The position numbers and the translations under genes were made by a program. Of a stretch of 64,000 nucleotides of DNA, positions 1 to 10,663 are shown in pieces. Numbering within the stretch: position 1 is the first letter of the stretch; each line of letters starts with the position of its first letter. Below the pieces are notes generated by a model. It searched no databases. It was given only the letters and a program-made list of their open reading frames with translations, and was not told the origin of the DNA. Source of the DNA: Takakia lepidozioides (taxonomy: Eukaryota > Plantae > Bryophyta). The DNA is taken from assembly GCA_030704615.1 (NCBI GenBank), contig CM060732.1, positions 61,814,001 through 61,878,000 of the forward strand, written 5' to 3'.

Positions 1-241
1 TTTGAAACGACCTGCCTACATCGTTATGGCTCCATCTGCCTAAGCGTGATTGTTGGGTCTAATTTGGCAATGAGTAGGCAGATGTCGTAGCCCAACAGCC
101 CTGTAACTGGTCACGCATTTACCCCTGCGATACTGTTGGAAGTACAGTACGTATCTAATAAGTCCATTCCATATTCTTGTCTCTGCCAGAGCACGGAATC
201 GTAAGGCTTAAGCTGATGACGTTGGCTTGACTGGTTCATAC

Positions 242-1006
242 CAGTGTTGGACCGGTATATGGGGGCGAGGGGGGTATCAGCACTGGTAAGGGTATTGCAG
301 CAAGATACCAGACCGGGCTGGTATAAGAAACTGGCAATACTCGGGGCAGAACATATTGGGGGAAATATAATAAAACACTAATACCTGGGCTCCTACCAGA
401 CCAGCCTGGTATCACAAGGAACGCAGCTTTGTCGGTATCAGTACCCTGTCTTCCCGATGTCGCTTACACCCTAGGTATCAATATCTGGAGCGTTAAGGAT
501 TTAGGGTGCAACAATGGAGAGTTGCGGTGATTGAGGCGATCTGAATGGCGATTTTGGGGGTTGTCAATATTGAGGAGCATTGTCTCATTTATTAGCCTGT
601 AATATGGCTCTTGTAAGGTGACCTCAAATTACCTAAGGTGAGATCCGGCTCCTTGTTATTATGAATTGCGGCACTCAGCCGCTGAGGCGAGCACTTCAGC
701 CGTTGGAGTGATCACCTCAGCCGTATAATTTGGACCAAAAAAAAAATCCAGTTTAAAAATAAATAAAAATAAAAAATAATTGTATTGATACCAATATTGA
801 TATACCCCCAATATAAGATTTGAAATTTGAAATACTGATACCATACCATACCAGGCCAAACAAAAACAATATATATACCGGACTGGTACATTAAAAGCTT
901 AATACCTACCTTGATACCATTACCTGCCAGGTATGAAGGAGGCCTCTTCACCGACAATACCATACCATGGCTGGTACGAAATGTTGCTGATACCGATCCA
1001 ACACTG
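242..1006. mobile_element. Non-autonomous hAT-type DNA transposon (MITE-like)
   Basis: 17-bp terminal inverted repeats CAGTGTTGGACCGGTAT / ATACCGATCCAACACTG (1 mismatch). Perfect 8-bp TSD GTTCATAC at 234-241 and 1007-1014. Many internal TACCAG/CTGGTA subterminal motifs; no coding capacity. Confidence 0.9.
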
Positions 1007-1349
1007 GTTCATACTTGCTCGACATCATTTATGACCACACTCCCACCAGATCTCCTCCCCTCCACTCATCTCAGTCCCACGAGAGCATCCAGACAACGAT
1101 CCACAATGCCTAGAAATCCGAGCAACTATCTCCCGCCCCAGCCTTGACAAAAAGTAGCAACTTGTTAGTTAACCATGACCCCTTGTTTCCATACAGGGAA
1201 CCATAGACCATCTTACTCGGATTTTGCGTTCTGTGTTACAGAACTACCTCCACAAAGGTAATCTTGATGATTATTTATTTGATTTTGACAATTACCTCCA
1301 CAAAGGTAATCTTGATGAATTTTATTATTTACTTGACTTTAACAAGAAA

Positions 1350-2680
1350 TAAAACCCATGGAATAGCCGGGTTCCAAGGGCAGCCCCAAGCGCCCTATTT
1401 ACATGGATCGCCCCATCATGTTCTCCTGGCCTGACTTTCAGCCTATTCATTACTGTTCATCCCATACCATGGCGGTAGACTGTTATATACGGCCTAACCT
1501 ATACTTGTTTGAGGTTATCCTAGAGCTTTGTGGCTGTATCTGGCCCCTTCATTAGTCTACGGGCCAGATCTGTTTGTAATCTAGGCACCCCGTGACATGC
1601 TGCCACGTGGGGGTATTGCCTCATCCTAGGTTTTGGGTATAAGCTTGTTCCTAACCTTGAGTCTGGGCCCTTCTTCACGTATGTACAACCTGGTGTACGA
1701 GCTTCTGGACGTGCTCTGTGAGCTTTGGATATGTGTGTTAGCTCTGCATATGCTATACGTGGGATCCTTTACATATTCATCTCTCTTCTCGTGCTGTAAA
1801 GCCCGCTCCTTCCGAGCTCTTATACCCCTAGTTTAACGTGCATTTGTGAGGATGGGAGAATCTCATTCAAGCACAAAATATGGTGGAGTCTTGTGGGTAG
1901 TGGCGGCTCCGCACGTATAGTGATTTTGCGCGGTTATCTCGGGTTCAATCTGGTTTTGGAAGAAAGCTTTTTGGCTTAAGAGGAAGTTGTGATGGCGGCG
2001 GCAGCTTCGCTCTTCGCGTTGTGCACTTGCATTGGTTTGTCTTGCTTGTTCATTGTGTGTTGCAATGGCGTCTGCAGTTTTCTTTAGCTTGTCAAGCGAG
2101 AGAGAGAGACAGCGGCTCGATTTTGGTTAAGATAAAACTGAGAGTGGAGGTTGCAGGCTCTAACGTGGTGGGTTCCAGCCAGTTAGTTGTAGGCGTTCCT
2201 GTATCTGCTCCCAGTTTGCAGGTGGTGGATGGTCATCCAATCTCGGAAGTGCCTGTCGTCCCTTGATCACACAATGTCATGTGTATCATTTGAGCTTTCC
2301 ATGTGTTGTAGATACTGGATGTACTATGTCTGCCATTCCCTTGCAGCCTCTTTGCAGATAGTGAGAGTCTTGGGCCTCAAGTTGACCCATACACAAGGCA
2401 TAGATGTCATCATTGCAGATGGGTCAAGGTATGAGCCCTTGGGGCTGGTCACTATCCCTATTGGAATTCATAAGAAAGAGGTCTTGATTACTTGCATAGT
2501 GACAATAGGAGACCAGTTCTTGTTGGGATTGGATTGGATGACAGGGGCTCAAGCTACCATCAACCTTGGTAACAACTCCTTACGATTTCCCAATGGAGAA
2601 AGACATGAGGTTGTGGTGCCTCTCAAGACTGTCAAAATGCATGCAGGCACTCTACTGCCAACCTTTCCCAAGTTCAAGTC
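1350..2680 (+). mobile_element. Heavily deleted LTR-retrotransposon remnant related to the 16690-49844 element (LTR-like segment, PBS-like TGGTGGAG, protease fragment)
   Basis: Patchy identity to the LTR at 24627-25057/49375-49844. TGGTGGAG at 1881 matches 25058. ORF 2229-2687 (ADGSRYEPLGLVTIP...GDQFLLGLDWMTGA) is homologous to 28490-28919. Left boundary approximate. Confidence 0.65.
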
Positions 2681-4171
2681 ATGGTAAGCATGAGATGAGG
2701 GAAAACTCATAAGTGTAGGCAAGGCCGCACGTGGTTGCCCCACTCGATTGACCACCGCCAAAGGTGGACGATCATCATGTCGCACTCTCTGTGGTTGCCT
2801 CCCTTGGTCCAAAATGCCCTCAATCATGAGGTTGGGTGGCCGTTGAATGGAATCATAGGCTCTCTTGAGCAACTCTGGTGGTGCAAGATTGGTCCACCAC
2901 AACCTAGGCCTATGTGCCCGTGAACCCACTGCAGCTGCTTCCCACAATACAGCTGGTCCAATCCATGACCGGATTTGATGCACACTGGCCATAACCCTGG
3001 CCCGAGAATCCCCCATGAGAGGAACATTCTCCATGTAAGCTGGAGGTTGCACTTGCCTCACCTGCAAGTCACGCAACACTCGCATCTCTCATAACAGATG
3101 CGATCAAGCATCATGCAAACCATTACCATGATGTCGCGGCCCTTTGCCTTGAGGGCAGGGGGTCGGGACACATGAGGGGCTGCCCCTGTGGTGGGGGCAG
3201 CGGCAGCGATAGGTATGGGGGGCTGAAGCACCCTTGAGTGCCCAAGGCACTCACGGAGGCGGAGGCGGAGGCGCTCACTAGGTGGAGCCCGGCACACCGG
3301 GTTGCGGTGGGGGTGGCTCCACAAGGGGTGGTGGGAGCTTAGCGGGACTTAGTGGGGGTGGCATAGGACTCACCATGGGGGCGGAGACCTCGTGGTGGGA
3401 GTCGTGGGGAGTCTTGGGACTCATCACGGTCCATAGGGGTCGTGGTGAGTGGGCCAAGACTCACCGCGACTCATCACCGGGGGTCGAGGGTTTTCGTGGT
3501 GGTTCACCATAAAATGGCATGGCTGGTTGTGAAACCCCCGCGGACAGCTACAGAAGTATATATAGGGAGTAGTAACCCCGAGAACGGTGCAAGCCCGTTG
3601 GTGACCAAAAACTAGTGAGTAAGCGAGCGAGCCGGAAAGCGACCAAAGAGTGGGGAGCTGTTCCGGACTGCCAACTACCAAAGGGAATTCCCGCTGGTTC
3701 CAAATCGGTGGAGGATTCTCGGGGAGAACAAAGGGGGACCGTTATGCCCCGGTGAGCTGCCGAAGCTCCAAGTTGGCCGGACGGCCAGGTTGGGAGTCAG
3801 GCGCGCGCATCAAAGCGAGTAACTATGACTTGAGGGGAAGCTTACCGAAGTGAGGTGCGCGACACATGACCTGCGGGAGAATGTCATTGGCAAGGCCATC
3901 CGGCTATCACCAAGTCAGTGGCACCATGTCGGTCCAAATCATCTGCCCCCAACAAAGTAATGTCTACTGACAAGGCTTTTTGGTATCCTTGAATTGCTGA
4001 GAGAGGCAACAACTCGGGATAATGACGTGTGAGTAAGGCAACATGGCGCATAGAAATACGCCGAGCAATCTCATCCTTCTCCACATACAAGTACTTGCGT
4101 ACTTTAACCCCAACATGCAACACTTCTGCAAGCCCAGTGCTAATGCCTCCAAACATGTCTAGTAATCAAAT
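2680..4171 (-). pseudogene. DNMT3-like C5 cytosine DNA methyltransferase domain within a retrotransposon pol, split by a solo LTR and C-terminally truncated
   Basis: Motifs in order: I*LLDMFGGISTGL (I), YLYVEKD (II), DIT (III), DLVIAGWPCQ*HSPAG (IV), GLHDA*SHLL*E (V), YMENV (VI), SRAHRPRLWWTNL (VIII). The frame is continuous after removing 3132-3864 and one TSD copy. Motifs IX-X are absent. Confidence 0.9.
3132..3864 (+). mobile_element. Solo LTR of the Galadriel-like family found at 31280-37940
   Basis: TGTCGCGGCC...GGTGCGCGACA termini. Closely matches the reverse complement of LTRs 31280-32001 and 37217-37940. 5-bp TSD CATGA at 3127-3131 and 3865-3869. Confidence 0.95.
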
Positions 4172-5023
4172 CCCTGAGTCAGGTTGTTTCCAAGTAATGG
4201 GCACTGTGTCCAAAAGAGCTAACTGAGGAGGTCCAGGTGATGTAACTAAACTCCCCTCACTCATCAATGGAAATGCCACCTGCCATGCTTGGTGCATACA
4301 CTCGCCTGCTACTCGCTGCAAATTCCCAATCGTACCCCACAGTGGAATAGGCACAGGCACATGTGGAAGCAACTCAGCCTTGTATGCCAATTGTTTGTCC
4401 TCATCAGATGGTGGCCTATCATCTGCATGGTTATTGCTCTCCAAGAGCTCACCACCCCAAGCCACCACACCTGAGAATGCAGCCAATGTTGGCATCATGT
4501 TCCTATGATCCACCGCTACATTCCCAATAAACCACACTGGGAGCAGTGCACGTCGGCCATCTCCTGACTGCCACTCCGGCCGGTAGGATGTCATTTCCTC
4601 CCAAAAGTCCAGAGTAAATCCCATGGGTTACAACACCGCCCCACTAATAAGCACATCATATGACATTGCGTCCGTAACAATGGCTTTGGCTCTCATGATT
4701 GAGCCATCCGTAGGATGATCTGGCTATAGTCGAATGAAGAGCTCATGGCGTGTGATCCCCCAGGCCTTCTCTGAACCACCCAAAGATGTCTGAATTTGGA
4801 AAGGACAAAGCTCCAAATCCGCCTCCATAAGGGCCAAGCCCACAATTGCTGCTCTCCCCAACATCAATGGTTGTGCTCCTAAGTCCAACAAGACCCACAG
4901 TGGCCTATACCTCCTCCCGGTTGGACCACCCAACTGAAACACTCTATTCTGATTGTCCACCAGGACTACTCCAGGAGTCACCATGCTGCACTCAATGGCT
5001 GGCCTAGCTGGCAACTCCTGCAA
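4172..5023 (-). pseudogene. Retroviral-type aspartic protease plus linker, in frame with the methyltransferase
   Basis: VLLDLGAQP (degenerate D-S/T-G) and AIVTDAMSYDVLISG. ORFs starting at 5023, 4624 and 4156 are all in the same frame, separated only by point stops. Confidence 0.8.
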
Positions 5024-6311
5024 CTGTGTAGTTGCCGCTTGTCATGGCGCAGCTGTGGCTGTCTTCACCCTTGAATCCAGGGCATCCATCATAACAATGG
5101 GTCTCCTCATGCCCATACTTGCCACAATGCCCACACTGTAATTGTGTAGGCTGTGTCTGTGTCGACCCTTTGCCTCTCTTCGGGCACTCCTTCTTGACAT
5201 GGGACCTCCACAATCCCAACATGACACACTTGTCTGTTGCTGGCCTGAGAATGAAGGAAGAGACCTTTGCATTTGAGATCCTCTCTGACCTTCCTTGGGC
5301 TTTGTCTGAGCTCCCTTGTTGCCTTGAGTACGTTGGGGAGTTGGTTGTTGTTGGCTAGGAACCCCATTTCGTTGTGTCTTCTTGCCAAAACCCACCATAA
5401 CCACCCGTTCCTCCACCATATCGAGTTTTATCCGCTCGGCTAGCAAAAATACATTTGCTAGGGTGGGTTGGGCCACTTGTAGGAGAGTTGCATCCCGCAC
5501 CCTTCTCCTCAGCTCCTTGTCCAATATCCCATACCAAAATTGGACTACCTGAGCTTCCGTAATCCCCTGGGTTACACTTACCAAGCACCTCATGCGAGTG
5601 TAAGCCTCCCTCAAACTCTCAGTAGGCTTGCGTTGGAACTTTTGCAAGCTTCGCAACTTCTCTGTCCTCTCCCTGGTAGTTTCTCCTTAACTCCTCGAAG
5701 AGCTCCACAACTAGATTAAAGGCAGGCACATGTGTTGGTGCAATGGCAGGAGTTGCAGTGGATGTCCCAACTGATCCTGACCCACTTATTCTACTGCTGC
5801 TTGTTCAAGCCGCTGGTGTAGCTGCCGGTGTCACCACTGCCCTTGTGCCTCTAGTGATTGAGACATAGTCAGGTGACCAATACACCCGTCATTCCTCAAT
5901 TTCCACCTCATGTCCCCGCCTAACCTCATGGTAGTCATCCATGGGTGGCCCCTCAAGGTGCTGAAACAGCCCCTTCCATGCCATAAATGGTGTAAATAGT
6001 TGTGGATTACGCATCTGCTGCAAATCACACCAACTGTCAAACTCTTGTACTAAGTCATCTAGCTCGATGGTGCCCACAGCTCCAGAGTACCTACGTGGCC
6101 CCTTGGTAGCTCCATACATCTCCTCCATCGTGTCCCACAACAATGGCACGGAAATGGCTTGCACCCTCGGCGAGAATCCTCCTGACTCAGAGTCTGAACC
6201 CTCCTTAGAAGACACTGAAGGTGAAGGTGGCCTAAACCGCACACCTCGTCTTGTGTACCCACTAGTATTGTTGGTGCTCGTATCGACACTCCCCTCAGCA
6301 ACCGGTGGCAC
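5004..6311 (-). pseudogene. Retrotransposon gag (fragmented) with two zinc knuckles
   Basis: ORFs 5889-6311 and 5042-5656 with gag-like QKFQRKPTESLREAY. Knuckles CWDCGG.HVKKEC (frameshifted) and CGHCGKYGHEETHC. Confidence 0.8.
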
Positions 6312-7079
6312 CTCCGTGATGAAAACTCACAACCACACCTATTGTAAGCTTGTCTCTAATCCCCCTCTCCACAATGTAACCTGGTAGAGATCAACCTATT
6401 GCGACTTATGGTTTAGACTACTAGGTTCGTAACAAAAACCTGCACCTGCACCTGCATCCACCGCAAACACTCCTATGGTTGGCTGGTCATCACCCCAGCC
6501 TCACCACTGACAACATGCTCTAGGATTGGCCGGTGATCAAATCCGGACCAACCTCCTATGAAAACAAGCGCCCATACAAAGCTAACATGGCGCACAGTCA
6601 AGCATGCAAGTGTGGAGGGGATCCAAACACAAGAAAATCAAGACAGCAACTCCCCCACACCACAAACACTCCACAGTGTCGCTCCTGCAAGACACCCCAA
6701 GCTTGGATTTTTGCGTTGACCATTACAGTCTGATGGAGTCCAGGGGACCCGGTCCACGACGGAATCATCGGTACGCAGTCTGGAGCATTTAGGCGCGCAT
6801 AAGGAGCTTGGAAAATGATAGAGCATGTCGGGCTCGTGGGCGATGCAAATGAGTCACAGAAAGAGCTCCTTGCACACATAAGATACAGCAAAGATTTGGA
6901 CAGAGTTTCCAGAAATAATGTTGTTTTGGGTTTCTCATTTTTTAAGTACGAGAGTCTTAAATTCGATGTCGTTCATCATGATCTTATGAATCGTTACAGA
7001 GATGGGGATATAGAGAAATCTGGGCTATCAAAGATACCAAACCCGGACTGACTCTTGCCTCCACCTACGGAAAGGTTTT

Positions 7080-9776
7080 GGCCTACAGAGAGGGTGAAAG
7101 ACTACAAAGAAGAGAGACTAAAGCAACTCCTAACCCCAGAATGCTCTCATCCCACTATCCTATCTCAACACTTTCTTGCTGGAGCAATAGACAAAACTAC
7201 CTTTCAAGGGTCTCTCAAATAACTCTCCAGGAGCCTTCAAGATGTCTTTCAAACAATCTCACTAAGGCTCCCAAACCTTGCACAATGGAACTCCAAACTG
7301 TACATCAAAGGCCCCAAGAGCCTGCCAAAACTTGGCCCTCCAGTACCCCAAATAGTCCGCCAAATACCTCTCCAAAGGCTCCAAAAACTCGCCAAATATT
7401 GGCCTTCAAGGACCCCAAATAGTCCTCCAAATACACCTCCAAGAGCTCTTTAAAAGCTCCTCCAAAAGCTCCTCCAAGGACCCCCCCAAAGATCCTCCAA
7501 AGGCAATACTCCGCCAGATACACCTTAGACTTCATACTCTTTTACTAAAACGTATGGTAGGCAAAGTCTCTCCACTTGTATCCATACACTTTTCACAAAA
7601 GAATATGTTGGGCAGTGTGAGCCAGACACTTTTCACAAAACTGTATGGTGGGCAGAATGAGCCATACCCAGTTTTTGAGACTAGGGTTTGTAGAGTAAAG
7701 TAAGAAACACCATACACATTATTGCATCATCCATGCTTCTATCCCAAGGCTTAAGGAGTTTATGTGATGGTGAGAAACACCTTCTTCATGGTCCCCTACA
7801 TGCATGCAAGATTGCATTGTTTTATCTTGCAATGCATTCATCACAAATTGACAAGTTCCTCTTGATCTCCTCGGAACTCATAGCAAGCTAATGTGCCCAA
7901 TGACAAGCGCCAAGCCTTGCTGCAATTTGAATTTTGTATGCCATCTTCCATGTGCTTTCCCTTGCATAGGCTAGTCACACACACTTCCACCTCTTGACCT
8001 ATGTGTTGTTTTCATTCACAATAATGTGTATCCACACCTCTATTCAAGAGCTCATCTTCTCAAACTTGAAGTCATAAGCCCTAAAGAGCATGTTCCACAT
8101 AAACATCACTTGTTTGATCAACCATCCACCACAAAACTTAAGCAAGAAAAGAATGAATACATGAGCTTCACCTTCCCCTTCCTTGACTTGTCTCATGCTA
8201 ATGTATGGTTGAAGTTGCTATGCATGCCTTGAGCCACAACTCCTTTCTTCATGAAGCCACCTCCAATGATCTCCCACATATGCTCCAAGCTCTTCAATGC
8301 TCTAGGCTTGGTTTCACATCATCATGTATAGAATTTTCACCCACATGCTTCCCTTTGGGGTCATCTTGAGCTTCTTGATGCTCTCCAAGTGTTTGTTTTT
8401 GTTGTCTTCAAGCCCTAGCCTATGTAGCTCCTTGGCTTCTCTTCCACAACATGTACCCCCTCATTTAGCAAGCCACCAAGCCTTGTCTCCTCTCAAACCT
8501 TGGTCATTTAAGCTCCTTCACTTGCTAGCTCAAGAGCCACTCCTCTCAAGCTTCAAAGGGCAAAGCTTAAGCCAAAAAACATGCTCCACACATGCACCAC
8601 CTTATACACAAAGGAATGAACTTGCTCACTTCACCTTCTAGCCTCAAGCTTGAAGTTGGAAGCCACATTTGGAAAGTTTACTCCACACATGCGCCACTTG
8701 CTTCACCAAGAGCAATCCAAGACTCATAGAACTAGCAAAAACACTCCCTTCTAGCGTCTTAGCTTGCTTGTTTGTCAACCAAATGAAACCCCACATGGCT
8801 TCATTTCACATAGATAAACAACCACTTCTTAGCTTCTCTTGAGCTACTCAATGCTCCTCAAGCTACCCTTGTTGTATTCCTTCTATGGTGTTTCCAACCC
8901 AAGCATGTGCCGCTCTTTGGCTTCTCTTTCACACCATGAACAACTAGAGCTTGCTCTTGAAACCCTAGTGTCTATCTTCTCCACACACATGACGCTTCTC
9001 TTGTGATGCAAGAGCTCTTTTCCAAGCTCTCAAACCCTTGGTGCACAATAATGCTTATACAAACCCTCAATGTATTATTTTAACCATAGAAGTCACTTCA
9101 TTGGCAAATGGTTGTCACAACACTTGAGATACAAGAGATGACGTTCTTTCTTCTCAAACTTTCAAACCTTTTGCTTTCACACACACAAGACTTTCTCCTT
9201 GCAATACTTGCAAAGTCTTGTAACTCAAAAGCTCTCTCCTTGAGCTCTTCATCTCCTTGATGCAATGCAAACACACTCTCCTTTGCAACACCTTGCAAGC
9301 CTTGTGAGATACTTGAGCTTTTCTTAGCTCTCTCACTCCTTGGTGTACTCCAACACAAGTACTAAACTAATCCTTACATTCTGCACTCACAAGCATAAGG
9401 TCATCTTCTTATAGTGATAAAGTGAACATAATGGAAACACTCCACTCATGAATCCACTCAATCACATAAACTAAGTCAAGCCAAGGGCACCCTTGCTTAG
9501 GGAATCCACCCTACAAAGCCCTCAACACACTCCCTCTCAATACCTAGAGCTATGGAGGTGAAAGAGGCTCATAGACTCTCAACTACAAGAAGATGAGCTC
9601 TCCTCCACACTCACAAGGGGAAAACCCCTCCCCATGTCCCAAGTGAGGCTTGACACCTCACTTGGCATGTGAGACCAAATGATGTCCCAACACACAAAAT
9701 ACAATATAAATATCCAAAATGTCCTAATTAATTAGAAGTAGGTAATTTCTAGTTAACCATGACTAAAACCATGACA
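7080..9776 (-). repeat. Non-coding, compositionally skewed segment; possible long LTR/5' region of the DNMT element
   Basis: No credible ORF; C/A/T-rich, with short tandem motifs at 7260-7500. The minus strand begins TGTCATGG at 9776. No second copy in the window, so LTR status is unproven. Confidence 0.3.
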
Positions 9777-10372
9777 AATTCAATCAGATTTGGCAAGCAA
9801 TATAACAGTTCTCACACTGCAATTCTCTATCTTCTTCAGCTTGCGGGCATTTCAGGTGAGTAGTAAACAACCTCCGATGCTATCATGGGGAGTTTCCGAT
9901 CAAGAAGTAGATACAGCATACGAGCAATATACTAATCTGCATTCTAACCTGCACTTGACTGTTGCATATACACATGCAATGTTGTACATGATACAATATT
10001 GATCCGCAGAACTCCCCGCAAAATACATGTGCTGACAACGCGGGGCAACTTTCACGAGAATATACATATATGTATCTAGATACTCCCTACCCTTGACATG
10101 GGGCAGTACGTTCCTTTCTGGTGATCAAGGGAAGCGGCAGTTATTTACGCTGGCTTCAACCGGAGTCTTCTCTCTCGATACATGTATCTAAATCATTGAG
10201 ACTTACTAAGCATGTGATGTACACCTATTGATAAACAACGTCCGAATAAAGTGAGATGTGGGCTTAGCTACAAATCTTTGATCCGGAGATGGTGGAAATT
10301 GGAGAGTGAAGGCCTACAGGTGTACAATCTGGAGATAACACTTACCAGTTGTTTCATGCTTTGCTGTTGAGG

Positions 10373-10663
10373 ATGCAGCTGGGATCTGCCATGATCATTC
10401 TAGCCGACACGAGTTTGGCAGATATGTGTGATGCAGCCGTGCTACAACTTGTCCCATGTTCGAATTCTCTTTCGGGCAAGGGCGCTGTCCCTCCAAACGA
10501 TAAGTGTTGCGTGGCCTTGGAAGAGCTGATGCTCACCCCAAAATGTCTTTGTTTTGCTGCCGCCCAAGGATTTAATAAGAGACAAGTGTTTGGTCTACCT
10601 CACGCCTGCAACTTCAAACCGGGCCAGAAATGCGACGATATGATCCCTGAACTTTTCACTTAA
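10373..10663 (+). CDS. Non-specific lipid transfer protein / bifunctional inhibitor family (8-cysteine motif)
   Basis: C-x9-C-x15-CC-x11-CLC-x18-C-x7-C pattern after a short hydrophobic N-terminus. The true start is uncertain (first in-frame ATG 10373; ORF open from 10349). Confidence 0.8.
   Translation: MQLGSAMIILADTSLADMCDAAVLQLVPCSNSLSGKGAVPPNDKCCVALEELMLTPKCLCFAAAQGFNKRQVFGLPHACNFKPGQKCDDMIPELFT

Noticed and set aside
3282-3853. ORFs repeated at 31311-31858 and 37228-37797
   Set aside because: They lie wholly within LTR copies, so their recurrence reflects the repeat, not a gene.
2680-4171. Host DRM or CMT gene
   Set aside because: Motif order is not permuted as in DRM; there are no introns and no UBA, BAH or chromo domains, and the domain is in frame with a retroelement protease.
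9790-9855. Possible upstream signal-peptide exon for the nsLTP gene
   Set aside because: A GTGAG donor is present, but the frame starts at TTG with no in-frame ATG; unsupported.
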